Assembly (NCBI GenBank): GCA_023417985.1
Contig: JAEZDV010000011.1
Span: 1-54,823 of the forward strand
DNA from: Actinomycetes bacterium
GTDB taxonomy: Bacteria; Actinomycetota; Actinomycetes; Mycobacteriales; Mycobacteriaceae
Direction of reading: 5' to 3'
DNA: 54,823 nucleotides
Shown one piece after another: positions 1 to 14,654 of this stretch. Position 1 is the stretch's first letter. Each line of letters begins with the position of its first letter. Made by a program: the position numbers and the translations under genes. The notes beneath the pieces are model-generated. The model was not told the DNA's origin and made no database searches. It saw nothing but the letters and a program-made list of their open reading frames with translations.

Positions 1-909
1 GTACGCGGCGAGGCCGACATCTACAACATGGACTGGAAGAAGTACCTCGACGCCCGCGCGACGGACGAGCAGCGCCGCCGTCGTGAACGCGCCAACGCCG
101 AGAAGAAGGCGTCCGCGCTGCACAAGCAGGCGGCCAAGCTGGGCGCGAAGGCTACCAAGGCGACCGCCGCACAGAACATGGCGAAGCGCGCCGACAAGCT
201 GCTCAACGATCTCGACGACGTGCGCGTCGCGGACAAGGTCGCGAAGATCCGGTTCCCGACGCCCGCCACGTGCGGCAAGACACCCCTGATGGCGAAGAAC
301 CTGACGAAGGTGTACGGCTCGCTCGAGATCTTCACCGGCGTCGACCTCGCGATCGATCGGGGTTCGCGCGTGGTGATCCTCGGCCTCAACGGCGCCGGAA
401 AGACGACGCTCCTGCGGCTGCTCGCCGGGACGGAGAAGCCCGACCTCGGAGAACTGGTTCCCGGTCACGGACTCAAGGTCGGCTACTTCGCGCAGGAGCA
501 CGACACGATCGACGACTCGGCGTCGGTGTGGGAGAATATCCGCCACGCCGCACCCGATGCGGGCGAACAGGACCTCCGCGGCCTGCTCGGCGCGTTCATG
601 TTCACCGGTCCGCAACTCGACCAGCCGGCCGGCACGCTGTCCGGTGGTGAGAAGACCAGGCTCGCACTCGCGGGGCTGGTGTCGTCGGCCGCGAACGTGC
701 TGCTGCTCGACGAGCCGACGAACAACCTCGATCCCGTCTCGCGTGAACAGGTGCTCGATGCGCTCCGGAGCTACGAGGGCGCGGTCGTGCTCGTCACTCA
801 CGATCCCGGGGCCGCCGAGGCCCTCAACCCGGAACGGGTGATCCTGCTGCCCGACGGCACCGAGGACCACTGGTCCCAGGACTACTTGGAGCTCATCCAG
901 CTCGCATGA
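1..909 (+). CDS. ABC-F family ATP-binding protein, C-terminal part (5' end outside window; Rv1473-like)
   Basis: Frame open from base 1. Helical linker followed by second ABC domain: Walker A GLNGAGKT, LSGGE signature, LLLDEPTNNLD, VTHD. No TM segments. Confidence 0.9.
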   Translation, partial: VRGEADIYNMDWKKYLDARATDEQRRRRERANAEKKASALHKQAAKLGAKATKATAAQNMAKRADKLLNDLDDVRVADKVAKIRFPTPATCGKTPLMAKNLTKVYGSLEIFTGVDLAIDRGSRVVILGLNGAGKTTLLRLLAGTEKPDLGELVPGHGLKVGYFAQEHDTIDDSASVWENIRHAAPDAGEQDLRGLLGAFMFTGPQLDQPAGTLSGGEKTRLALAGLVSSAANVLLLDEPTNNLDPVSREQVLDALRSYEGAVVLVTHDPGAAEALNPERVILLPDGTEDHWSQDYLELIQLA

Positions 910-984
910 TCCGATCCGCTCCGGTGATCGTTCCGGTCCTTTAGCCTTGAGCCAGGACCTTTGTCGAGGTGCCGGGAGGAACCG

Positions 985-1233
985 ATGGTGCGAAATCCCG
1001 ATCGTGGCCAGACGACGTTCCCGAAGGGAACCCGGATCACCGGGGATTCGCGGGACCGATTACAGCAAGACCTCAAACGGCGTTACGAGGCGGGTGCGAG
1101 CATCCGGACCCTCGCCAACGAAACCGGCCGCTCCTACGGTTTCGTCCACAACGTGCTCGTGGAGTCGCACGTCCGGCTTCGCGGGCGGGGCGGCCCGAAT
1201 CGCCGCAGGGCGGCGGCCGAGAAGACCACGTGA
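985..1233 (+). CDS. Small helix-turn-helix protein (Rv1473A-like)
   Basis: GGAGGA RBS at 975-980, ATG 985. YEAGASIRTLANETGRSYGFVHNVL HTH pattern. Conserved position between ABC-F and acnR. Confidence 0.85.
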   Translation: MVRNPDRGQTTFPKGTRITGDSRDRLQQDLKRRYEAGASIRTLANETGRSYGFVHNVLVESHVRLRGRGGPNRRRAAAEKTT

Positions 1234-1268
1234 GGGCCGACTAGAACGCCTGAGGGGAACCGCCGGAT

Positions 1269-1835
1269 TCAGTCCCGGCGGCGCACCGATTCTTCGACGA
1301 GATCGAGGACCGCGCACAGTTCCTTCTCGGCGTGCCCGGATGCGAGCCGGGCGATGAGCCCGTCGAGCACCAGGTCGAGATAGCCCACCAGAACCTCGGT
1401 GGGCACGTCGTCGCGTAGCCGGCCGGCTTCGCGCTGTCGTTCCAGACGCCCGACGGTCGCGGCGGTCAGCTCGGCGGAATGCCGTGTCCACTCCTTGGCG
1501 AACTCCGGATCGGTGCGAAGTCGCCTGGTGATCTCGAGCCGGGTGCCGAGCCAGTCGAACTGGTCGGGTGACGAGAGCATGTCCCGCATGACCTGCACGA
1601 GACCCTCGTTCGCGGCCACATCGGCCATTCGCTTCGCGTCTTCTTGCGCGAGCGCGAGGAACAGCCTGTCCTTGTCTTTGAAGTGGTGGAAGATCGCGCC
1701 GCGCGAAAGGCCGGTGGCCTCCTCGAGGCGGCGCACGGTGGCGCCCTCGTAGCCGTACTCGGCGAAACAACGCCGGGCGCCGTCGAGAATCTGACTCCGG
1801 CGCGCGGCGAGGTGGTGCTCACTGACCTTGGGCAC
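1269..1835 (-). CDS. acnR: TetR-family repressor of aconitase
   Basis: GTG start, MPKVSEHH...ILDGARRCFAEYGYEGATVRRLEEATGLSRGAIFHHF TetR HTH. Directly downstream of acnA on the same strand. Confidence 0.88.
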   Translation of the reverse strand: MPKVSEHHLAARRSQILDGARRCFAEYGYEGATVRRLEEATGLSRGAIFHHFKDKDRLFLALAQEDAKRMADVAANEGLVQVMRDMLSSPDQFDWLGTRLEITRRLRTDPEFAKEWTRHSAELTAATVGRLERQREAGRLRDDVPTEVLVGYLDLVLDGLIARLASGHAEKELCAVLDLVEESVRRRD

Positions 1836-1943
1836 CCCAACCGTCCTTTCCGAAGTGGACGGCGGGCCCGAGACGAGACGTCCCGGACCCGCCGTCACTG
1901 CACAGCGTGGACCACCCGCGGATGTGGGCGGTCGATCGGGATG

Positions 1944-4865
<2,922 letters not shown>

Positions 4866-4874
4866 TCACCGTAG

Positions 4875-4897
4875 AGTCTAACAGTACGCTTGTCCTG
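4875..4897 (-). promoter_or_regulatory. AcnR operator next to the acnA -10 element
   Basis: Minus strand CAGGACAAGCGTACTG (4897-4882) fits the corynebacterial AcnR box CAGNAC-N4-GTACTG as I recall it. TAGACT -10-like hexamer at 4880-4875. Confidence 0.75.
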
Positions 4898-5108
4898 TAA
4901 TAAAGCTGGGAGTGCACGGAGAATACGTCGCTGGCAGGGGTGGGCGACGCCGCGCCGGACGCCGCCGGGAACGTCGGTGCGTCTGCGACCCCCACGCGGC
5001 ATCGCGTACTGTTCGATGTTGCCCTGCGAGCGTGGTGCCACCGGTGCCGGCAGCTCGAGACAGCGAACCGTGCTCGAACACGCTCCCGTCCAGCACTACC
5101 GGAGAGAA

Positions 5109-5669
5109 ATGTCTGCGCCACTGCTACGAATCCCCGGGCCGTCGGCCACAGATCTCCCTCCGGGGGTCACCGTCGAATCGATCCTCGCGGATCTCAGCGA
5201 CGACCGAGTCGCTGCACCGTCCGACCAGGTGGACGACCTGGTCGCAGAGGTGGAGCGCGCACGGCAGCACGGCGTCGACCTGAGTGTGGTCGTGATCGAC
5301 CGCGACCCCCGCATGGATTCACAATTGCGTGACCTCGCCACCGAGGTGGGTGCCGACGACGGCGGAACCGTGCTGGTGCTCAGCCCCGGTTGGGTCGGGA
5401 CGTACAGCGACAGCCTCGATCGCGTCACCCTCGAAGCTGCCGAGGACCGCACTTACACCGGTGACCCCGTGGTGTCGACGAAGAACTTCGTCGATACCGT
5501 GATCGCGCCGTCGCCGCCCTGGACGGCGCTGACCCTCGTGCTCGTCCTTCTCGTTGCTGCGGCTGCGGGCGCGACCTACTGGGTCAAGGACCGCCGGCGG
5601 AAGCAGTCCACGCCGGCAGACGCGCCGACGCGGGCGTCCGAGCCGGAGAGCCCCTCCACGGCCCCCTGA
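5109..5669 (+). CDS. Membrane-anchored protein, Rv1476-like (TPM-like domain, C-terminal TM helix)
   Basis: GGAGAG then ATG 5109. C-terminal hydrophobic WTALTLVLVLLVAAAAGATYWV followed by basic residues. Conserved position between acnA and ripA. Confidence 0.8.
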   Translation: MSAPLLRIPGPSATDLPPGVTVESILADLSDDRVAAPSDQVDDLVAEVERARQHGVDLSVVVIDRDPRMDSQLRDLATEVGADDGGTVLVLSPGWVGTYSDSLDRVTLEAAEDRTYTGDPVVSTKNFVDTVIAPSPPWTALTLVLVLLVAAAAGATYWVKDRRRKQSTPADAPTRASEPESPSTAP

Positions 5670-5753
5670 GGGTTCCGCTCCCGGCAATCTCCCGGCAACC
5701 TCCTGCACTTCCCGGCCCGATCCACGGAGCGGTGGGTTCTTCGCGGGCAAATC

Positions 5754-5825
5754 CGTGACTGTCGTGCGACATGTGCTCGCTGTGTCGTACGGTTCAGATG
5801 ACGCTCTTGGGGAAGGTGTGTCACA
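5754..5825. promoter_or_regulatory. Possible MtrA-type boxes upstream of ripA
   Basis: Minus-strand GTCGCA (5770-5765) and GTCACG (5759-5754) repeat with 11-bp period. Additional GTCACA at 5820-5825 on plus. Confidence 0.35.
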
Positions 5826-5969
5826 ACCCCAGTCGTGGGACGCTGCCCGCGACTGGTGACCAGGACAGCGACCGATCGCGGGTCTCCCGCGAGCGGTGTT
5901 CGTCGCGCGTTCCCCGAGGCGTCGGGGCCGACCGTTTCGGCAGGTCGGCACGACCGAGGGAGAGCACAC

Positions 5970-7613
5970 GTGAAACGGTTCGGTTTCCACGGGAGGATTC
6001 ACCTCACCCGGGTGTCGCGGTTGGTTGCCGGAATCGGCCTGGTGACGACGGTGGTCGTGGCTTCGGGATCGACGGCCGCGGCGGCACCGCCACCGCCGCC
6101 CAACCCGTCGGACACCGAACTCGGTGAGGCCGGAGCAGCTGTCGCCTCCGGAGTCGACCGCATCGGCGAACTGATCGTGCGCATCGCGGCTGCTGATCAG
6201 CAACTCGCCGAACTCGACGCGCAGGTGGCCGTCCGACGCGAGGACGTCAACCGAGCACTGGTCGACCTGCACGCCGCGCAGGATGCCGCCACGGCCGCCC
6301 GAGAGGCTGTGGCCTCGTCACAACTGGCCCTGCAGGACGCGGGAGCGCAGATCTCGCTCGCACAGTCGGACTTCGACAAGTTCGCTCGCGAGAGCTACAC
6401 CCGCGGGTCGAACGCGGCCTCGCTCGCGGCATTCCTCACCACCGACGGACCCGACGATCTGCTCGACCGCGCTCAGGTGATGCGCTTGCTCTCGACCGGG
6501 CGAGAAGCGGTGCTCGACGCGCTCGAACGCGCACGCGCCGAGCAGGCCAATTCCCATTCCCGCGCCCGCGCCGCGAAGCTCGAGGCCGACGCCGCCGCAG
6601 TCGCTGCGCAGCAACGCAAGAGTGACGCCGAAGCAGCGATCGCGGTCGCGGTGTCCGCACTCGACCGGCAGGCTGCGGAGAAGAACCGGATCGAACAGTC
6701 CCGTGCCGTAGCTCAGGCGGAACTCGACCTCGCCCGCACCAACGTCGCAGGGCTCGAAGGACAACGTGCCGAGTACGTGGCCTGGGACCGGCGGCGGGTC
6801 GCGGAGGAAGCCGCGCGGGCCGCCGCTGCCGAGGTAGCCCGCGAGGAGGCGTCGGCGGCGAGTGCCCGTGTCGCCGCGGATGCCGCCGCGATCGCGCGCG
6901 CAGCCGAACTGGCCAACGGGCGTCGGCCCCACACCGATCTCGGTGAGAGCCCGCTCGCGGCGGAAACACCGAGTGCTGCGGCCGTGACGGAAGAGGACCT
7001 CGACATCACCTCGCCCGATCTCGAGAGCGAGGCAGGGTCCGGCGACGAGGCCGGGTCGGAAGACGAGGATGCGCCGGGCGACGGCAGCGAAGTGGACCCC
7101 GCGGACGAGGTGGCCGAGACCCCGTCCCGGAACCCACCGTCCACACCCCGATCGACGCCGCGCACCCGCTCGGCACCGTCGCTCACCGGCACTGCCGCTG
7201 TCGAGACCGTCATCGATCGGGGTCTGTCACAGATCGGAGTGCCGTACGCATGGGGTGGTGGAGACGAGAACGGACCCACCCGGGGCATACGTGACGGTGG
7301 TGTCGCCGACAGCTACGGAGACTTCGGCAAAGTCGGTTTCGACTGCTCGGGCCTGATGATCTACGCGTTCGCGGGCATCGGCATCTCCCTGCCGCACTAC
7401 ACCGGTTACCAGTACACCGCCGGTACACAGGTCCCGTCGTCGGAGATGAGACGCGGCGACATGATCTTCTACGGACCCAATGCGAGCCAGCACGTCGGCC
7501 TGTATCTGGGCGACGGCACGATGCTGGAGGCGCCGCAGTCGGGTTCGCACGTCATGATCTCGCCGGTACGCTGGGACGGCATGACACCGTATGTGGTGCG
7601 CATGGTGTCGTGA
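5970..7613 (+). CDS. ripA: Peptidoglycan endopeptidase RipA (signal peptide, coiled coil, NlpC/P60)
   Basis: GTG start after GGGAGAG. Signal-like N-terminus, Ala-rich coiled coil, C-terminal PYAWGGG...FDCSGL...QHVGLY...LEAPQSG catalytic C/H/E. Confidence 0.9.
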   Translation: MKRFGFHGRIHLTRVSRLVAGIGLVTTVVVASGSTAAAAPPPPPNPSDTELGEAGAAVASGVDRIGELIVRIAAADQQLAELDAQVAVRREDVNRALVDLHAAQDAATAAREAVASSQLALQDAGAQISLAQSDFDKFARESYTRGSNAASLAAFLTTDGPDDLLDRAQVMRLLSTGREAVLDALERARAEQANSHSRARAAKLEADAAAVAAQQRKSDAEAAIAVAVSALDRQAAEKNRIEQSRAVAQAELDLARTNVAGLEGQRAEYVAWDRRRVAEEAARAAAAEVAREEASAASARVAADAAAIARAAELANGRRPHTDLGESPLAAETPSAAAVTEEDLDITSPDLESEAGSGDEAGSEDEDAPGDGSEVDPADEVAETPSRNPPSTPRSTPRTRSAPSLTGTAAVETVIDRGLSQIGVPYAWGGGDENGPTRGIRDGGVADSYGDFGKVGFDCSGLMIYAFAGIGISLPHYTGYQYTAGTQVPSSEMRRGDMIFYGPNASQHVGLYLGDGTMLEAPQSGSHVMISPVRWDGMTPYVVRMVS

Positions 7614-7644
7614 CGGTGAAGTGATCGTGATCTCGGTGCCCGGC

Positions 7645-7661
7645 GGTGGGACAGTCCCACC
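7645..7661. terminator. Perfect 8-bp inverted repeat after ripA (terminator or protein site)
   Basis: GGTGGGAC-A-GTCCCACC, about 30 bp after the ripA stop. No U-tract. Confidence 0.4.
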
Positions 7662-7758
7662 CCGCGGGCCTGGCTCGGCGACACACTCAATCGACACCTG
7701 ACATAGTGGTGCAGCAGGCGATTTCCGGCGGATCAACGAAGGCGAAAGCGGTGGATTC

Positions 7759-9114
7759 TTGGTGACCTCACGCGAGGGCGGGACTTCGGGTACGGCATCG
7801 GACGCACAGAAGGGTGCGGCCGGTCCGAACAACGCTGCAGGTCAGGACAGCGGAGTAGAGCCGAGGGGTGGCACCGGTCCGGACAACGGAACCGGGAACA
7901 ACGGACCCGCAGGACAGAGCGGTGTGCGAGCCGGTGGGGTGGCAGGACCCGGTGGCGGACCGGGTAACAGCAGTACCCCCCGTAACAGCAGTGCCCCCGC
8001 CCCGGCCCCCGTGACCACGTCCAAGGAGCCCGTGGCGAAGGCCTACGACCCGGCTGACGACGTACGCCTCCTCGAACGCGCCATCTACGAGGTCAAACGG
8101 GTGATCGTCGGTCAGGACCTCCTCGTCGAGCGCATGCTCGTCGGGGTGCTGGCCCGCGGTCACGTCCTGCTCGAAGGTGTGCCCGGCGTCGCGAAGACCC
8201 TCGCCGTCGAAACGTTCGCCAAGGTGGTCGGCGGCTCCTTCTCCCGCGTGCAGTTCACGCCGGACCTGGTGCCCACCGATCTCGTCGGCACCCGGATCTA
8301 CCGTCAGGGACGCGAAGAGTTCGACACCGAACTCGGCCCGGTCGTCGCGAACTTCGTGCTCGCCGACGAGATCAACCGTGCTCCCGCGAAAGTGCAGTCC
8401 GCACTCCTCGAGGTGATGGCGGAACGGCACGTCACCATCGGCGGCAAGACCTTCCCGATGCCCGACCCGTTCCTGGTGATGGCGACGCAGAACCCCATCG
8501 AGAACGAAGGCGTCTACCCGCTCCCCGAAGCGCAGCGAGACCGCTTCCTGTTCAAGGTCCTCGTCGACTACCCCTCGGTCGAGGAAGAACGCGAGATCGT
8601 CTACCGCATGGGCGTCGCTGCCCCGGAACCGAAGCAGGTCCTCTCGCGAGAGGAACTGCTGCGTCTCCAGCAGATCGCGAGTCGCGTGTTCGTGCACCAC
8701 GCGCTCGTCGACTACGTCGTGCGGGTCATCTTCGCGACCCGCGCGCCGGCCGAGATCGGTCTGCACGACGTGCAGGGCTGGATCGCCTACGGTGCCTCGC
8801 CGCGCGCGACGCTCGGCATCATCTCTGCGGCCCGGGCGCTCGCGCTGGTCCGTGGTCGTGACTACGTGATCCCGCAGGACATCATCGACGTCATCCCGGA
8901 CGTCCTGCGGCACCGTCTGGTGCTGTCGTACGACGCGTTGGCCGACGATGTCTCACCCGACCGGATCATCGCGGAGATCCTGCAGACCGTCGGGCTTCCG
9001 CAGGTCGCCCCGCAGGCGACACCGCCCGCTCCCGCTGGTCCTGCCGTGGTCGTGCGACCCGGCGCTCCCGCGGTACCGGCGCCCGGACCGCACGGAGGTG
9101 CAGGGCAACGGTGA
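7759..9114 (+). CDS. moxR: MoxR-family AAA+ ATPase
   Basis: HVLLEGVPGVAKT, FTPDLVPTD, LADEINRAPAKVQSALLE, ATQNPIE. Start uncertain (TTG 7759 or GTG 7762). Confidence 0.93.
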   Translation: MVTSREGGTSGTASDAQKGAAGPNNAAGQDSGVEPRGGTGPDNGTGNNGPAGQSGVRAGGVAGPGGGPGNSSTPRNSSAPAPAPVTTSKEPVAKAYDPADDVRLLERAIYEVKRVIVGQDLLVERMLVGVLARGHVLLEGVPGVAKTLAVETFAKVVGGSFSRVQFTPDLVPTDLVGTRIYRQGREEFDTELGPVVANFVLADEINRAPAKVQSALLEVMAERHVTIGGKTFPMPDPFLVMATQNPIENEGVYPLPEAQRDRFLFKVLVDYPSVEEEREIVYRMGVAAPEPKQVLSREELLRLQQIASRVFVHHALVDYVVRVIFATRAPAEIGLHDVQGWIAYGASPRATLGIISAARALALVRGRDYVIPQDIIDVIPDVLRHRLVLSYDALADDVSPDRIIAEILQTVGLPQVAPQATPPAPAGPAVVVRPGAPAVPAPGPHGGAGQR

Positions 9115-10069
9115 GCGAACCCGCCCGCGACGGGTCGCCGCCCTCCTTCCGTTCCGGCGAGTTGCGCGATCCCGCACTTACCGCTGCGCTCCGCACCCTG
9201 GAACTGACCGTCCGGCGGCGTCTCGACGGTGTCCTGCACGGCGATCACCTCGGCTTGATTCCCGGACCGGGGTCCGAGCCCGGCGATGCCCGGGAGTACC
9301 AGCCGGGCGACGACGTGCGTCAGATGGACTGGTCGGTCACCGCCCGCACCACCCATCCGCACGTGCGCCAGACGGTCGCCGACCGTGAACTCGAAACCTG
9401 GCTCGCCGTCGACCTGTCCGCAAGTCTCGACTTCGGCACCGCCGCCTGCGAGAAGCGGGACCTCGTCGTCGCCGCGGTGGCCGCGATCGCCCACCTGACC
9501 ATCGGCGGGGGCAATCGGATCGGCGCGGTGGTCTCCACCGGCCGCGACACGGTGCGCATTCCCGCTCGTGGGGGACGGGCCCACGCCCAGTCGATGCTGC
9601 GAACGATCGCCACCATCCCGCACCCACCGGACGGCACTCGCGGTGACCTGCGCGGGGTGATCGAGGCCCTGCGACGACCACAGCGCCGACGCGGCCTCGC
9701 CGTCGTCGTCAGCGACTTCCTCGGCCCGCTCGACTGGCAGCGATCGCTGCGTGCTCTCTCCGGCCGGCACGACCTGCTTGCGGTGGAGGTCCTCGACCGC
9801 CGCGACCTGGAACTGCCCGATCTCGGAGACGTCGTCCTGCACGACCCCGAAACGGGACGCACCCGCGAGTTCACGACGACACCTCAGCTGCGTGCCGATT
9901 ACGCCCAGGCTGCTGCCGCGCATCGCGACGCCGTGCAGCAGGCGATGCGAAGTTGCGGAGCCCCGATGCTGAGCTTGCGGACCGATCGGGACTGGATCAG
10001 CGACGTGGTTCGGTTCGTCGCCGCCCGCCGGCACAGTTACGCAGCCGGCGCGGCGGGGAGGGCAGGCCG

Positions 10070-10073
<4 letters not shown>
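9111..10073 (+). CDS. DUF58 domain protein
   Basis: [35 protein letters not shown]. 4-bp overlap with moxR. Confidence 0.92.
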
Positions 10074-11865
<1,792 letters not shown>

Positions 11866-11917
11866 CCTGCGGCCGTACCGGACCACATCCGAATCTCACT
11901 GGAGGATCGACACACTC

Positions 11918-12724
11918 ATGGGCGGACTGCTCGAGGGCAAGACCATTCTCGTCACCGGCATCATCACCGATGCCTCCATCGCGTTCCACACCGCCAGGGC
12001 GGCACAGGAACAGGGCGCAAAGATCATCATCACCGGCTTCGACCGGCTGCGGTTGATCGACCGTATCGCCCAGCGGCTGCCGCAGCCGGTGCCCCCGGCC
12101 ATCGAACTCGACGTGCAGAACACCGAGCACCTCGAAGGCCTCGCAGACAAACTGCGTGAGCTCGCACCCGAGGGGATCGACGGCGTCGTCCACTCGATCG
12201 GGTTCGCGCCGCGTTCGTGCCTGGGTAGCCCGTTCCTCGATGCCCCGTGGAGCGACGTCGCCGTCGCGCTCGAGGTCTCCGCGTATTCGTACGGCGCGCT
12301 CGCCAAGGCCGTACTTCCCGTCATGAACGAGGGCGGTTCCATCGTCGGCATGGATTTCGATCCCTCGCGCGCCGTGCCGTTCTACAACTGGATGGGCGTC
12401 TCCAAAGCCACACTCGAGTCCGTCAACCGTTATGTCGCGAAGGAGGTCGGGCCGCGCGGTATCCGCTCGAACCTCGTCGCGGCCGGACCGATCAAGACCC
12501 TGGCCGCCAAGGCCATCGCCGGTGACGCGACCGGACCGGGCGCCGAGATGAACCGGCTCAACGAGGGATGGTCGGCGGCCTCGCCGATCGGATGGGATGT
12601 CGACGATCCGACTCCGGTCGCCAAGACCGTGTGCGCGGTATTGTCCGATTGGCTGCCCGGTACCACCGGCTCGATCGTCTACGTCGACGGTGGTTTCCAT
12701 TCCCAGGTCGGCCTCGGCGCCTGA
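11918..12724 (+). CDS. inhA: NADH-dependent enoyl-ACP reductase
   Basis: [55 protein letters not shown]. Confidence 0.95.
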   Translation: MGGLLEGKTILVTGIITDASIAFHTARAAQEQGAKIIITGFDRLRLIDRIAQRLPQPVPPAIELDVQNTEHLEGLADKLRELAPEGIDGVVHSIGFAPRSCLGSPFLDAPWSDVAVALEVSAYSYGALAKAVLPVMNEGGSIVGMDFDPSRAVPFYNWMGVSKATLESVNRYVAKEVGPRGIRSNLVAAGPIKTLAAKAIAGDATGPGAEMNRLNEGWSAASPIGWDVDDPTPVAKTVCAVLSDWLPGTTGSIVYVDGGFHSQVGLGA

Positions 12725-12743
12725 CAGGTCAGGAGAGCACTCC

Positions 12744-13820
12744 ATGGTGAACACCCCCGAACCGTTCGACGCAGTGATGGTGTTGTCGTTCGGCGGGCCG
12801 GAAGGCCCTGACGACGTGCGGCCGTTTCTCGAGAACGTCACCCGCGGCCGGGGCATCCCGCCCGAACGTCTCGACGCTGTCGCAGAGCATTACCTGCACT
12901 TCGGGGGTGTTTCACCGATCAATGCACTCAATCGTGCGCTGATCGAGGCCGTGCGCGCCGAGTTCGACGCCCACGGTATCGACCTGCCGATCTATTTCGG
13001 GAACCGGAACTGGCACCCGATGGTCGAGGACACCGTCGTTACCATGCGCGACGACGGGATCCGCAACGCTCTGGTCTTCGCCACCTCGGCGTGGGGCGGT
13101 TATTCGGGATGCCGCCAGTACCACGAGGACATCCGCCGGGCCCGCGACGCCGTCGAGAACGCCCCCGACCTGACGAAACTTCGGCAGTTCTACGACCACC
13201 CGCTGTTCCTCGACGCAGTCGCGGATGCCGTGCGCGCGGCGCAGAGCGAACTCCCGGCCGACGCGGCTCCCGCGCGGTTGGTGTTCACGGCCCACTCCGT
13301 CCCCACCGCGGCCGATGCGACCGGAGGCCCACCCGATGCAGGCGGTCACCTCTACAGCCGTCAGGTGGCGGAGGCCGCCCGCCTGGTCGCCGGTGCGCTC
13401 GACGCCGCCGACTACGACTTGGTGTGGCAATCGCGTTCGGGACCGCCGCAGGTGCCGTGGCTCGAACCCGACATCGTCGATCACCTCGACGCACTGCACG
13501 AGCGTGGGGTGACCTCGGTGATCGTGGTGCCGGTCGGGTTCGTCTCCGATCACCTCGAGGTGGTCTGGGATCTCGATACCGAAGCCCGGGACCGCGCCGC
13601 CGAACTCGGCATGGCGTTCGTGCGGGCGGCGACCGCCGGAACGGATCCCCGTTTCGCGCAGATGGTCCGGGAACTCGTGCAGGAACGCCTCGACGCCGCG
13701 ACCCCGCACCGGCGCGGCACCGAACCGGAATTCGGAGCGGGATGCAACGGCACCCTGTGTGCTGTGGGTTGCTGTGAACCGCCGGCGCGCCCGTCCCGGC
13801 CCGTGCCCGCCGCGCGCTGA
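12744..13820 (+). CDS. hemH: Ferrochelatase (coproporphyrin ferrochelatase type)
   Basis: [47 protein letters not shown]-terminal Cys cluster. Third gene of fabG1-inhA operon. Confidence 0.95.
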   Translation: MVNTPEPFDAVMVLSFGGPEGPDDVRPFLENVTRGRGIPPERLDAVAEHYLHFGGVSPINALNRALIEAVRAEFDAHGIDLPIYFGNRNWHPMVEDTVVTMRDDGIRNALVFATSAWGGYSGCRQYHEDIRRARDAVENAPDLTKLRQFYDHPLFLDAVADAVRAAQSELPADAAPARLVFTAHSVPTAADATGGPPDAGGHLYSRQVAEAARLVAGALDAADYDLVWQSRSGPPQVPWLEPDIVDHLDALHERGVTSVIVVPVGFVSDHLEVVWDLDTEARDRAAELGMAFVRAATAGTDPRFAQMVRELVQERLDAATPHRRGTEPEFGAGCNGTLCAVGCCEPPARPSRPVPAAR

Positions 13821-13845
13821 GCCGGGGGCACCTCCCGCGTCGGTC

Positions 13846-14520
13846 CTATCCTTGCTCCTTCGCGCCGACGAGGGGCGAGACGAACCAGTTCGGGAGGGAA
13901 CGACGCAACCCCACCGGGCCGTCGACCGTAACCGCCCCGGTACGCAGGGCGTCGGGCCAGTCGCGCTCGCCTCGCCAGATCTCGGTCAGTTCCCGCAGAC
14001 CGGCGGTGACGGTCACCGACACCTCGAAGCCCGGATCCACGTCGCACACGTCGACCTCGTCGGTGGTGATCACCAGCCACCACCGCCGTGAGCCCCGTGG
14101 AGCACCGGTGAAGACGAAATACACGACCACCCGGGCATCCGGGACCGCGGTGTGGTCGACGTTGCGATGCATGTCCCACATCAGCAACTTCGGGTCGAGG
14201 TCTTCGTCGCCGAGTCGCCCCGTCCATCGCGATCCCCACGTGCCGAGCGCTACCACCACCGGTTCGAGATCGCGGCCGGCGGGGGTGAGTACGTAACGGA
14301 CCTCCGAGCCGTCGGCGATCCGCTCCACGATCCCTGCCACCGTCAATTGGTGCAGCCGAGTGGACAGCAAGGACGGTGACATCCGGGGGAGTCCGCGCCG
14401 CAGGTCGTTGAATCGTTCGCTTCCCAGTACCAGTTCGCGCACCAGGAGCAGTGTCCACCGCTCGTCGAACAGTTCCATCGCTTTCGCGACGGGACAGAAC
14501 TGGTGATAGGGCAAGCCCAT
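13846..14520 (-). CDS. HxlR-family winged-HTH regulator with C-terminal SCP2-like domain
   Basis: YHQFCPVAKAMELFDERWTLLLVREL...RFNDLRRGLPRMSPSLLSTRL. Confidence 0.88.
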   Translation of the reverse strand: MGLPYHQFCPVAKAMELFDERWTLLLVRELVLGSERFNDLRRGLPRMSPSLLSTRLHQLTVAGIVERIADGSEVRYVLTPAGRDLEPVVVALGTWGSRWTGRLGDEDLDPKLLMWDMHRNVDHTAVPDARVVVYFVFTGAPRGSRRWWLVITTDEVDVCDVDPGFEVSVTVTAGLRELTEIWRGERDWPDALRTGAVTVDGPVGLRRSLPNWFVSPLVGAKEQG

Positions 14521-14544
14521 GCTTCGAATGGTAGGCCTCCCGGA

Positions 14545-14563
14545 CGGTACAGATTCCGAACTG
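14545..14563. promoter_or_regulatory. Imperfect inverted repeat, candidate HxlR operator
   Basis: CGGTAC-N7-GAACTG in the divergent HxlR/methyltransferase gap. Confidence 0.35.
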
Positions 14564-14654
14564 GAAGCGATTCCGCCGACCTTCCTACCGTTGACGTGCA
14601 CCCGGAAACCTGTCGCACCGACGGACCGGGGTGCGCCCTGGGAGGAGATGTGTG

